From assembly GCA_017427405.1 (NCBI GenBank), contig JAFRSV010000007.1:5-64004 (forward strand): DNA of 64,000 nt, read 5' to 3'. Shown here piece after piece: positions 28,201 to 34,196 of the stretch. Numbering within the stretch: position 1 is the first letter of the stretch; the number at the start of each line of letters is the position of its first letter. Source of the DNA: Alphaproteobacteria bacterium (lineage in GTDB: Bacteria > Pseudomonadota > Alphaproteobacteria > Rs-D84). The translations under genes were made by a program, and so were the position numbers. Below the pieces are notes generated by a model that searched no databases, was not told the DNA's origin, and was given only the letters and a program-made list of their open reading frames with translations.

Positions 28201-31200
28201 TGTGTTCCAAGCATGGTGCCGGACCGCGTTACTTACAAACTGTGCGGCGCCACATGAAATTACCACAACCGATTTGGATGATATAACATTGTATGCAAAG
28301 TGGGGATGCGTGGCGGGTTATCATGATGTTGATAATCAATGTGTCGCAAATGAATTTACATTGGTTTACAACGCAAATGGGCATGGAACGGTGCCGAACA
28401 ATCAAACATGTACGTATGGCCAGCAGATTAATCTTGCGGATGATTTGTCAGAAACCGGATGGTGGTTTAATGGATGGACCATTGCGGGTGAAACCTATAT
28501 GGGTGGCGAAACGATTACGTGTAATGAAGAATACCTTGGGGTGACGGGCGGAACGGTCAATGTTAATGTTAATGTAACGGCGGATTGGAGTGCAAAATGT
28601 AACAAGATTACCTTGAATAAAAACAATTCCGCTGCATCAAATGGGACAATAACCGCCCTGTATGCCAAGACGCGTGAGAATGGTAGCACGGTTGACGGTA
28701 AATGGTACAAGAACTCTACGTGCACAACCGAGTATACGTCTGCGGATTATGCAAATGTTATACCGACGCGCAGTGACAGTTGGACGTTCCGTGGATTCTA
28801 TGCGAATCTGTCTGATGCGGCGGATATAAATGCGACGCAGACAAATGGTGCGAATCGGGTTATAACGCATACCGGTGAACCAACAAGTATAACAGGCCAG
28901 AACTTTATAAACGGTCTGAATGCGCCGGCGACATTGTATGCCGGTTGGGCCAAAGACTGTGCTGGTGTAAATGGTACGTGCGTACGGACATTGGGAACGA
29001 ATACCAGTTATACGACAAGTTGTGCCACCGGGTATCATTATGGGACGGCACCAAATGGTGTGACATATAACCCGGCAACAAATGGCAACACCAGTGAATC
29101 AACATACTATCCAAATTGTGTCCCGAACACCATTACGATTATCTTGGATAAAAACGGCGGAACCGGAACATGTGGTGGTCAAAGTGGAACGACGTCCGGG
29201 ACATTGACATGCGCCTATGACGACACGTGCAATACACCAACGTGGGTGAGTAGCCCATCGTGTAGACTTACCCAATCTGGCAAGATATTTGCGGGATGGA
29301 ATACGGCGGCGGATGGCACGGGAACACAATATGGAACTGCGACCGTGGCCGGTGATGTTCAAAATATAAATGATGGCACAACAACTACAACACTTTATGC
29401 GGTATGGCAAGATGCGGTATGCAATGTCACGGATGGAAGCGCGACCGTTGCGATTCGTGCTAATCAGGTGTATTGCAATGTCACATGCAATACCGGTTAT
29501 GAACAAAACGGGGTTGTTCGCGGGCAACAACACGAATGGATTGTTGATACCGGTCAATGCAACGCGTCAACATATGATATCGATTATGAATTGTATGGCG
29601 GCAGTCGTGTAGAACCAAACGATTATACGTTGTTGGAATATGTAACAGCGGATGGGAACCAGTATTTTGATACGGGAATCGCGATTAAAAAATCGTATGA
29701 AATAAGAAGCAAGTTTGAACCAAAAATATCGGCAAAATTTTTGTACGGTGTTCGTAATACCAATGATACGTCAAGTGTGACAATGTATATTAGTGATGGG
29801 GGGAACAGTCGTTGGGGCAATCAATCTTTAACGAAACCATTGTTCATAAATACAGAGTATACGACGGTACATAATGTAAGTGGTTTGACGGTTAATGGAA
29901 CGACAACGGCATATACGACACAAAGTGTGGATTTTACAACGACAAATACGTTGATACTTGGAACAGCCCGCGCCGCCAGTGGAACGCTTAGCTCAAATAA
30001 ATTTATTGGTAATGTATATGAATTCAGAATACTTGACGGAAATCGTAATGATTTGATGAACCTGGTGCCGGCGCGGCGCAATAATGATGATGCGGTTGGA
30101 TTCTATGATACGGTTAGTGGCGAATTCTTTACGAGTATTGGCAGTGAGGATTTTGCCCCTGGACCGGCGATTTCGGAAGAGTACACTTTGTTGGATTTCA
30201 TACAATCCAGTGGAACACAGTATATTAAAACAAACTTTATTCCGACCACTGACTTTAAGCATACCATTGTGTTCGAAGGACTTAATAGTAGCAGTACATC
30301 CACATATATTGCCGGGACAGCATACACAGATGGACGGGCGGGTAATGCCAGAATAACCAGTGGGAAAATTGATCGTGTGTTTGGTAATAATCCATCAAAT
30401 AGTAATTCGTCGAGTAATTACTTAAACCTTATCAATACCAATAATATATCGGTTGTAAATACAAAATCGATTTTGGTTATGGATTTGCATAATAATGCGG
30501 CAAATACGATAACATTAAATGGCACAGATATTACCAGTAGTAATACAGGAACAATAACATCTACATCGGCGTTGTCTTTGTTTGCGTATGGGGCTGGTAG
30601 TTCTAAGAGTACCATTAAGTTATATCGTTCCACCATTGAACAAGGTGGCGTGGTTGTGCATGACTATGTCCCGGCACGGCGAAACCGTGATGGTGAACTT
30701 GGGGTGTATGATATGATTACCGGGGAATTCCTTACTAATTCGGGAACGGAAACATTCGTTGCGTCGGATAAAGTTTTGGTTTCGGCACAGGCCACATATC
30801 CGGATGAATATATGTACGGCATTGGTGCAAATGTCTATGGTGTGCCGGTGCGTGCGAACAGTGTGTTCGAAGGTTGGTGCCGGAATGCAGAATTGACCGA
30901 TGGTTGCACTATGGTTCCGCACACAATAGGTGCAACCGAAACCGGTGATAAATTATTGCATGCAAAATGGTCTTGCGTGGATGGGTATCATTTGGGGGCA
31001 AATAATCAATGCGTTGGAAACACAATTACAATAAACTATCAAAATGGTGGACATGGTGGAAACCCGTGGAATCCGCAAACATGTACCTATGGTACACAGA
31101 CCAACTTGGGCGGGGCGATGTTCGATAGTGGATATGTGTTTAGTGGTTGGGAGTTAAACGATGAAGTTTATGACGCAGAAGAAAACATATCGTGCAATTA

Positions 31201-33769
31201 TGATACATTGGGTGTTTATAGTGGATCTGTGGCGGCGGTTGCGGTTTGGGATGCGCAGGCATTTACCGTGACGTATGATTGTAACACTTCGTGGACGCCA
31301 AATAATGCGCCTGCGTCACAGAATACACAAACAGATGCACAATTTACGGTGAAAAGTAATACATGTGTGAACCCGGGTTATCGATTCGTAAAGTGGGCGG
31401 TTAGCGGGACAAATCCACAGGAATATAAAAACGAAAATGACCAGTTTATATGGGGGTATACGGAAAACAAGACATTTAGTGCGGTATGGGAAATTGATGA
31501 CACGGACGCCTTTACTGTGACGGTTGATATGCCGGCAAATACAGAATTTAAATTCAATACGATTGCAACGGGGCAATTCTGGGTTAATTGGGATGATGGT
31601 TCGAATATTGAAGAATATGCGCCAACAACAATTACAACCAAGACATGGACGCATACATATACAACCGCGGGAACATATGATATAAAGATTGGCGGGCGCG
31701 CAACGGGGTATGCGGTTAGTGGTGATGGGACCCCAGAAAAGAAATCGGCAATAAGTTTCTTTAATGGAACGCTTAGCGATTCTACTAGTATTGATGCCAC
31801 GGTGACGGCAAGTGGAACCGAACAATATATTACTGCGGTTAGTGGTAAACTGGGGTTGATATTCCCAACGATTACTGCGGGCTCATGGGGTGGTCAGCCA
31901 CGATTCTATCGCACGTTTAAAAATACGACGGCCATGACAGTATCATTGCAATCAATTGCTGATTTATTTGATGGAATTAGTGGTGTGCCGGTTCACTATA
32001 TGTTTGCCGAAACATTTGATGGGTCGGCGGTGACGGGTGCGATACCGGCCGGGTTGTTCCCTGTATCGGGGGCGCCAAAGACGGCATTATTCCTTTCCTC
32101 GTTCCGTAATTGTACCGGGTTAACCGGGACAATACCGGCGAATTTGTTTGTGAATATAAGTGGTGTGCCGGCGGTAAGTATGTTCAGTCGGACATTCCGT
32201 GGTTGTACGGGGCTTACAGGAATACCGGCGGGTTTGTTTAGAAATATAAGTGGTGCACCGGCAGAAGCCATGTTTTATGCCACATTTTTGGGTTGTACAA
32301 ATATAACCGGAACATTATCCAGTAATCTGTTTGGAAGTTTGAATGGCCCGATTGCAAAGGATATGTTCCGTAGCACATTCTATAATTGTACCAGTTTGGT
32401 TGGCAATACATCTGATGCGACAGTCGCAATTCCAAATGGAATGTTCGGAACGTTGACGGCATCCACAACGGCGGCAACACGTGCATTTTCCGCAACATTT
32501 TATGGGTGTGCCGCATTGCGGGGCAAGATTGGGGGGGCGCTGTTTGGGGGGCTGACCGGAAATCCGGCGGAATATATGTTTAGCAATACATTTAATACTT
32601 GTGGAGATCGTGATATAACCACAAATTGTTCAAACCTTAATGGGGCGATTCCGTCGAATCTGTTTGGTAATATGACCGGTGCACCAAAACAGCATATGTT
32701 TAATGCAACGTTCAAGGGGGCGTCCGGCCTTACAGGTTCGATACCGAGCAGATTGTTTGGCGGTATTACTGGTGCACCGGCAACAAGTATGTTCAAAGAA
32801 ACATTCAAAGGATGTTCAGGATTGACAGGAATTATACCGGCGAATTTGTTTGAAAACATTTCGGGACTGCCGGCGGGAAGTATGTTTTATTCAACATTTT
32901 ACGATTGCAGTCACCTTAGCGGTATAGGTGGGGCACTCTTTAGTGGAATATCTGGGCGTGCGGTTTCAAGTATGTTCTTTACAACGTTTTATAATTGTTC
33001 CGGCCTTACTGGGTCAATACCGGCGGGATTATTCGGAACACCAACCACACCGGCAAATTGGATGTTTGGCAGTACATTTTATGGATGTAGTGGACTTACC
33101 GGTGAAATTCCGAGCGGTTTGTTTGGCAGTGTAAATGGTGCTGCAAAGGAAGCGATGTTCTATCGGACATTCTATAACTGCAGCGGTTTAACCGGCACAA
33201 TACCAAGTGATTTGTTTGGAACATTGTCTGGTGATGGTGTGAAAAATATGTTCAATTACACGTTCTATAATTGTAGTCATCTGACGGGGTATGTGCCAGA
33301 GGGGTTGTTTGGGACGATGACAGTGCCGTCAACCGTGCCAGACGGGATGATGTCGTATGTGTTTGTTAATTCGGGATTGGATACGGTTTGTCCGTGTGGT
33401 ACGACCGAGGTTGACAGTGACTTTAAGCCGTATTGGCGTTCAACATCTGCGAATGCAAACCCGAAGAAAGTTTCTTGTCGGGTCGGGTTAAAACCGGGCG
33501 AACATTGGTATAATGGTAACTGCACAACCGAATGTTCGGATACGGCGATTGATGAATTGCATATTGGTAATTTGGATCCTTATATCGTTTTGGCTGATCC
33601 TGTGTCGACGGTAAAGAATTTGGCGGTAAAACATAATGATACGATATGTTATGTTCCGGTTGCGTCTGGGAATGGTGGTGCAAGCAGTTTGAATATGAAA
33701 TACAGAAATACCGTGTATCATGCTGACCGACCGAACGATACGCCGCCCGCTGGATTTGGGCAAAGGTAA
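13220..33769 (+). CDS. Giant secreted repeat protein (6849 aa): Listeria-Bacteroides-type repeats, PKD-like + ~26-residue LRR blocks, Cys-rich repeats
   Basis: Uninterrupted 20,550-nt ORF. RBS GGAAGGAAAGGGA. Signal peptide MSRFLRFFSALVVVVVCALYGASLYSA. Dozens of units with signature G(Y/H)TF.G(Y/W)...GG....(L/W)YA.W. Has its own terminator at 33797-33820. All antisense ORFs are short. Confidence 0.9.
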   Translation: MSRFLRFFSALVVVVVCALYGASLYSATSSGSTPSTTIYLDDDGAKYPSVPSTLSYNSSTHQLSGLPLTSTPYKPGYLYAGHTTEQDCQGNLIIDHTGAKHVYRDVTEIDANTLYACWVPAIYLNYKPAISDVVYRKVFVLNGNGSYNAGSFVNSIQASNYQTATWGGNGQNFQVRYENRGDWVFLGYYNGNYKWLVPSSSPNSMIGPLQEITGAIILGGYDFGGYYENMSSPWGAEIVDSSKQLIDANLLPWDAGVFTGWYNEIYAKWDPAVYTVTLSGQNVSPSTVYLKYGVGWYDTLAHAQAGGTTGLLSGLTTPPSGTSGQVFGGYYAHDLGSFGWVKVIEDDGQFIMSQTALTSIQMNGTLTPSWNNSTWATLTINDMDEQTATQPKPLYYSLSGCPNNYYRANPYCSDQQVTQVSIPQKSGWVYYGHYDGIGGAGNQYINSIGVIQRVVHSDANIYAKWLFNVSYAAGEGASGDQPADPYACIYGVACNAPQNTYTNSNTGMTFAGWACTIYGGQHNGTSCGTYLAGQDLSGATSGKQGATGIILTATWASTGNYHKLNLKPNNGGSSISDPYIYQRYGVGFFKNNNTTYPITTSIFAPLGSGGAGISQPTNGTKVFDGYWTTTNNSGIKVIKENGIISVGATQFPNTTGSTNLYAHWLTPQEIALKAGQMGDSASWGTCGVNSILVVPGHPPLQDSLSCGPTWAGHTFLGYYDENGTQYYDGNRNAMYDEWPAANAPEMLFGHWAPNTYAVNYSCTEGGSVVHTDYVVNGATYTVWDGSDVCNTAATSSAPGSPGSPGSKLTRWETVVSGGIGTSAMYNPGQEYNSFSIIANLNLKGTYSNIYVVNLDHMGNTPDMPLTNVPSPDTVYYAQRKWYSDNRAITQINQMNLAPEKIGYDFNGYRTQNDGGTNVGAFNNNLNSDVITVNNSTIYAYWRPTVYAIRLNPGAGNGGTEELYYRIDKGWDDENDFVSPTNITAITPPTPPTGERFVGYYTADGTSSGEWGTQVVDENGTIQVNGIVNVANMVASLSNWTLYAQYGEAITPPSNSNDYFAVTTTALAAGDTFKFGMSAAGSFYVDWGDGTVVPIVRDNTNPTVYSHTYSTSGSKVIKIWGGATGYLYSYGTPYPVIWFSDDVGGGNLATTPTLVYGISGSLGAIFPTLGNGGSGNVPGFQHTFSGCTNLTGSIPENLFGYVSDGSYIGVTGSVTQMFFQTFGGTELNGAIPETLFGRMVNGTYYGVTGAASFMFSGIFGNTNITSIPAGLFSGVSGAAEGMFYSTFANTNITSIPAGLFGGISGAAPLMFGYTFAGSGLAGDNAIPATLFSGVTGAAGHMFEATFQDCSDLTSVPGTLFSGVSGAAEGMFTNTFIFTGLTSLPSGLFSGVTGTADGLFAATFANSTGGLAGKYIPKDLFNLNLNGLTYDASNGMMANIFAGTGLITDCADVNLTHYPTDYDDSYWEGKKICAPAVTFSCENPTLGGDGTPSPNEIWVDQITGSTTLPATTNCVAPAHYTSTNYWVCDGNSNCSGNPGYWEGGTTRPDWLRNLTQNVNFYVVYTPQQYTMTLYQNHDANDNVTVGTITETYNTSWSPSTAPVPQWTEHTFSGYYTAREGGVQMTDGNGNFMNDAATFTVDSSMPWYAHWGVDNGPFTVTFGYGDNGSWASGVTPSSFTPQTVYYQDPQHLLTVPAGSVCTHNPQSTSAGYINSAWSCHYEHDPVHGFVLGGINNQYTVQYSSRDSANCVPHWQPVETTITLDPQLGSAGTYDPWNTGGGTDTIYTRYDVGAFLDADRTQQMGANQNGLPSLPGKSVLMIFDLNADDAVLAVGTSQYKNLGTYPSLTALQNAYPTAQSGNYAFVGNQYYIWSGTGTNPGWYQFDWPVPPFYSVVNVLPFKGYYPTVSGGNRYISPSGLLETAGNNAATQSTSNSTWHAQWQAVNPKKSSFDLQNLSDGLNSLVPTRAGKVFAGWWTEASGGQQVTQAENGNLILGGDENLSLTQNITLYAHWTECEHTLPAGSHSSMQGISSQQPGYCSYHITCDAAGYGYSQHGGNDTTGEFNVSVSGTTGTLEGGNCYPRVYSIDYGNLANHNATMPENAPEQYTYGAETEINANNATPTSPTDVFESWCWDAAGTDHCNTTQTISNTAYGNKVYYAKWSDACQPGYTRYNYETLSHLMFDDDGGYTWNTADNVQAVAGANTCVPIRYHVNCDKNCDGDTCAACLEDFYMSCRPDAGSGAGAAGLGGNWHFGGGYNVLDFGTVPPATGHWRLFDGGFGPVIANSSNTWTDLTGSGWDNVSRLGRVEYGYNVCIQSEGGLQRIFHRMYPVYSGGTPRITTGNYNYFMESLSGDAHNTSTVFGRDHYTFDGLWTAADGGIQYIDGNGNLPGYDYLPWSNAFMIEGFNDSTSIRSAARQFQNFFFDNQIQPSSTSPYTFDVYAHWIPDVYSVQLMKNDGTNTQVGNIYEEYGNGWAINESGPFDPDLQLSGGNLPSRSGYTFAGYYTQAEGGDLVGSFSNGVWTLPTNTKYLTQDGGKWYAHWTPEEHEVTLDRNLGNATGTNGSTKVYTKYATGVYKNSNRTQKMTSNPNGTNPITLPTRKYVITYNPNYTGGSTWTSDVSSTFNGYYSSTTGGTPYIDNTGYITPTGDSTAQGYTNDDQIWHAQWTNGWHDLLLAHRNGYFMDGWYDAAENGNKVGEYMGTITPTSNMTLYAHWTACGWTAGDHSTAQYVNPVETDGNVCKYHITCESGYTHNGDSQFDEIKSSASGTLPGCSANEYTITYYDNPAYGTTDPLNTQGYTYNSSGTVTLWTPGADILAAHHASSVTWCTNLNDDTTCVNAGGAISANSGNMILYAKWTCATGYTTYGYFTQAIQYDDGHHDFSPGMCAPIRYRVICNRNCPATDQNCTACLEDFNMPDNQGSGYSWGNSYNSVSIFYTEFNIGLLPIPVKLVSYTPVWPSNFTQNPDYETIGIGPTWPDSLIDDVNGPNSLWEAWREDKNYKTFMEELASKSYNSNINFGAVHYDFDGLWTAANGGEQYIRADGLSPTGGGAFDTQEMSTFFTSDTNVYAHWTPKKYEVVLDKNASDAVAGNVVKLWEKWNDGWALTQDGTYNSAQTLSGNQLPTRTGYTFAGYFDTNAETGGNAMGSVSNGVWTTPSATATDVNPTRWYARWTPNQYTVTYDCGIGSGNGSTDNTPRYGQPYTPKTYVAAVCERPSNGYYFNGWNVTPGHSNSDIKNAGEAFNWDYTENQTFTARWVAKEYHITFNKNGGSDGTDEVWERYDSFWHDAGQNHIITITLPNWSGHTFAGYAFNGNTVISETTLPEPTFGFGDTSNNSTVDITLVAQWDTNTYNVRYNLGGGTTTLPVGYVPVEYITFEYITFTGTQVIDTGLKIKKGYEIQTKFYPTDTGKYVYGALSSDNSKTVSGYVSTAGGDWRWGNKAISKTMSLNSAYTIVQNASALTVNGVPVAYGTQDNFETGVTLSIGKAHSASGGTNYDTSGFKGRMYWFTIRDDNGNVVYHGVPVKNTANNQYGLCNIIDGTCLTASGINGATATLPATYNYGTATTVSGAAARANSVFNSWCSSPSSNCNSAQTIPATATGNKTFYAKWTCDAGYSYSSGGACVANNITLDWNENGGIGLTNGSCTYNGDLTLGVAPTYADHVFNGWKLANNTYGGASTTVNGGCVQTYTGVTSGTSTAITAQWCNACNPTNATCELNATAQLGTCTYTTSCNTGYHLSPDSQLNVYNTVCIPYTITYQSDGHGDGATDDVLYNSTFTTNDAKNSSQFNWDNHIVTAWTTVSGGSFPDVGGSYTYNVQSDTVLKANWGECHCTLGDYVTNCVTTSLNNACEVSEVECETGHSGGTGSCEGLECTSTCGESYTHMIRLRPSPATDGTRVLYAIDTNGGTDAGVYLDAAHQQRMTENDNHITLPTPVTRTVTYDKNANDAVLVGNTTAQTSATFNGYYNSTSGTEQYIAATGYITSEGITEGTEAANHLWYAQWTNGTVVLPCVYRPGYKFLGWFTATGTTPVGQCGDTYSVSASPTLYAHWELCADGEYCPGVETVNNQTVYNAVHDCPENYPNSAAGSTIISDCYLVLTPGKWVETAGAGMVDCTENYYCDDNTTKVYYSGDGRRTTGIRKSCAANAGSFSMSSAASDEIGDCYKNVTLNKRGGSGTLGGASGTANGSKECYYGQNCTLPDATVLQLVGHTFHGGWSQTDEDCNGTTRVFVVPDDVDTYYACRTTNSYTVTLKDGQNTGVTFATVNVNYGDPMPNVDSNGNSLVVPTHTPISPNTTHVFQGYFSTSGQSSGSGTLYYNANLTSARNWTTENDGTLYAKWYMKCDPGYYLPAGSYACALCPAGRYCVGGSAFAYSSSTDKGLSGYIAAGYYSTGGASTSKPSGHVTSGSGCYGQVNGADTACGLVAGGYYSTGGGTSATPTAPDNGCLSGSGRSCGVLGANYYSNGGGTNSTGACVTGQTCGACPTNYRSNSATGKTAITQCTAGCSDGQWIMTAEDPTVNNPSAEGCTTSASNYIWSKAHTVAYGSASPSVSDPNEGGRHSCQTLYRTPTTYNASDHDDQSDCTRSVPLFKNGGATVDGAVWPDNVTDDGGTDNASATCAEGATCNFGNPAELLEQTGYTFQANWGTNAGCTSTVGTSVTTPTNLRYYACKTQNNYTLTYSCGTGTGTAPAQQTNIHYGDTVSVSGAGGCAKTGHTFAGWAVSDTSDVITATTWPHDITWNYDGSKTFTAQWTANTYSISYVGNGGTVASLLPDGYTELEYIQSDGNQYIRTNFIPSSDFKHTIVFEGLSGNSSTYIAGTNSGAAGRAGNVRIDGNYINAVYGNNASDGAVNLVRSSAVGSVSILNKKSVLVLDLHNNATNSMTLNGVQIANTSTARITSTSPMSLFALNSSYRSIIRLYRDTIEQNGVLVHNYVPAQRDEDNEIGLYDTVTGEFFTNAGLGSFVAGDPVTGAYPNQYTYGVGATVTGGAARANSVFQAWCRTALLTNCAAPHEITTTDLDDITLYAKWGCVAGYHDVDNQCVANEFTLVYNANGHGTVPNNQTCTYGQQINLADDLSETGWWFNGWTIAGETYMGGETITCNEEYLGVTGGTVNVNVNVTADWSAKCNKITLNKNNSAASNGTITALYAKTRENGSTVDGKWYKNSTCTTEYTSADYANVIPTRSDSWTFRGFYANLSDAADINATQTNGANRVITHTGEPTSITGQNFINGLNAPATLYAGWAKDCAGVNGTCVRTLGTNTSYTTSCATGYHYGTAPNGVTYNPATNGNTSESTYYPNCVPNTITIILDKNGGTGTCGGQSGTTSGTLTCAYDDTCNTPTWVSSPSCRLTQSGKIFAGWNTAADGTGTQYGTATVAGDVQNINDGTTTTTLYAVWQDAVCNVTDGSATVAIRANQVYCNVTCNTGYEQNGVVRGQQHEWIVDTGQCNASTYDIDYELYGGSRVEPNDYTLLEYVTADGNQYFDTGIAIKKSYEIRSKFEPKISAKFLYGVRNTNDTSSVTMYISDGGNSRWGNQSLTKPLFINTEYTTVHNVSGLTVNGTTTAYTTQSVDFTTTNTLILGTARAASGTLSSNKFIGNVYEFRILDGNRNDLMNLVPARRNNDDAVGFYDTVSGEFFTSIGSEDFAPGPAISEEYTLLDFIQSSGTQYIKTNFIPTTDFKHTIVFEGLNSSSTSTYIAGTAYTDGRAGNARITSGKIDRVFGNNPSNSNSSSNYLNLINTNNISVVNTKSILVMDLHNNAANTITLNGTDITSSNTGTITSTSALSLFAYGAGSSKSTIKLYRSTIEQGGVVVHDYVPARRNRDGELGVYDMITGEFLTNSGTETFVASDKVLVSAQATYPDEYMYGIGANVYGVPVRANSVFEGWCRNAELTDGCTMVPHTIGATETGDKLLHAKWSCVDGYHLGANNQCVGNTITINYQNGGHGGNPWNPQTCTYGTQTNLGGAMFDSGYVFSGWELNDEVYDAEENISCNYDTLGVYSGSVAAVAVWDAQAFTVTYDCNTSWTPNNAPASQNTQTDAQFTVKSNTCVNPGYRFVKWAVSGTNPQEYKNENDQFIWGYTENKTFSAVWEIDDTDAFTVTVDMPANTEFKFNTIATGQFWVNWDDGSNIEEYAPTTITTKTWTHTYTTAGTYDIKIGGRATGYAVSGDGTPEKKSAISFFNGTLSDSTSIDATVTASGTEQYITAVSGKLGLIFPTITAGSWGGQPRFYRTFKNTTAMTVSLQSIADLFDGISGVPVHYMFAETFDGSAVTGAIPAGLFPVSGAPKTALFLSSFRNCTGLTGTIPANLFVNISGVPAVSMFSRTFRGCTGLTGIPAGLFRNISGAPAEAMFYATFLGCTNITGTLSSNLFGSLNGPIAKDMFRSTFYNCTSLVGNTSDATVAIPNGMFGTLTASTTAATRAFSATFYGCAALRGKIGGALFGGLTGNPAEYMFSNTFNTCGDRDITTNCSNLNGAIPSNLFGNMTGAPKQHMFNATFKGASGLTGSIPSRLFGGITGAPATSMFKETFKGCSGLTGIIPANLFENISGLPAGSMFYSTFYDCSHLSGIGGALFSGISGRAVSSMFFTTFYNCSGLTGSIPAGLFGTPTTPANWMFGSTFYGCSGLTGEIPSGLFGSVNGAAKEAMFYRTFYNCSGLTGTIPSDLFGTLSGDGVKNMFNYTFYNCSHLTGYVPEGLFGTMTVPSTVPDGMMSYVFVNSGLDTVCPCGTTEVDSDFKPYWRSTSANANPKKVSCRVGLKPGEHWYNGNCTTECSDTAIDELHIGNLDPYIVLADPVSTVKNLAVKHNDTICYVPVASGNGGASSLNMKYRNTVYHADRPNDTPPAGFGQR

Positions 33770-33796
33770 AAAAAGTTTCACAACACAACAAACGTT

Positions 33797-33820
33797 AACC
33801 GGGCAAATGCCCGGTTTTTT
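33797..33820 (+). terminator. Rho-independent terminator of the giant ORF
   Basis: AACCGGGC-AAAT-GCCCGGTT followed by TTTTTT, 28 nt after the stop codon. Confidence 0.85.
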
Positions 33821-33863
33821 AGTGGTTTCTGAAATCAATCCACTTACACTGTCCACTAACACT
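33819..33863. repeat. Short member of the GTNAGT repeat family
   Basis: TTAGTGG (33819-33825) faces CCACTTACACTGTCCACTAACACT (33840-33863). The stop codon (TAG, 33856-33858 on the minus strand) of the 71-aa ORF lies inside the GTGTTAGTG motif. Confidence 0.7.
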
Positions 33864-34071
33864 TGGTTCCCATCGTGCGGGCGGATTTAAGTGCCGCGTG
33901 CAACGATTCACGCGCAATTTCATTTATGCGGCCCGAAAATGTGCGCATATTCATGGAATCGGCAAAGTTTTTTGTAAAAATCCCAGCAATATATTCAATT
34001 TGCGCCGGCGAAATCAGGAAAATATCACTGGTTATATCCCGGGAATCCAACTGTTTTATTGAATTTTTCAT
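33856..34071 (-). CDS. Small hypothetical protein (71 aa)
   Basis: ATG 34071 preceded by AGGGGAAAG. No signal peptide or recognisable motif. Divergent from secA. Confidence 0.45.
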   Translation of the reverse strand: MKNSIKQLDSRDITSDIFLISPAQIEYIAGIFTKNFADSMNMRTFSGRINEIARESLHAALKSARTMGTKC

Positions 34072-34140
34072 CTTTCCCCTACTCTTTTTTTGCTTTTTGT
34101 TCTTGTTTATTGCTTTTGTTGCATTATATCATAAAGTATC

Positions 34141-34170
34141 TTGACCGCAAGGTGTAAAATATGCTATACA
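34141..34170 (+). promoter_or_regulatory. Candidate secA promoter
   Basis: TTGACC (34141-34146), 18-nt spacer ending in TGC, TATACA (34165-34170), 27 nt upstream of ATG 34197. Confidence 0.45.
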
Positions 34171-34196
34171 GATAGAAAATAAGACAAGGAAAAACA

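Noticed and set aside
13220-33769. RTX/T1SS substrate, autotransporter (T5SS) or LPXTG-anchored adhesin
   Set aside because: I did not see tandem GGxGxD nonapeptides, a C-terminal beta-barrel-like alternating hydrophobic tail or an LPXTG motif. No ABC/MFP, TpsB or sortase gene is adjacent. The export route is left open.
14351-33862. Dozens of 60-250-aa ORFs on the minus strand and in alternate frames inside the giant ORF
   Set aside because: All are nested in a continuous 20.5-kb reading frame with coherent repeat architecture. Their products are Ile/Arg/Cys/His-rich low-complexity strings typical of antisense translation.
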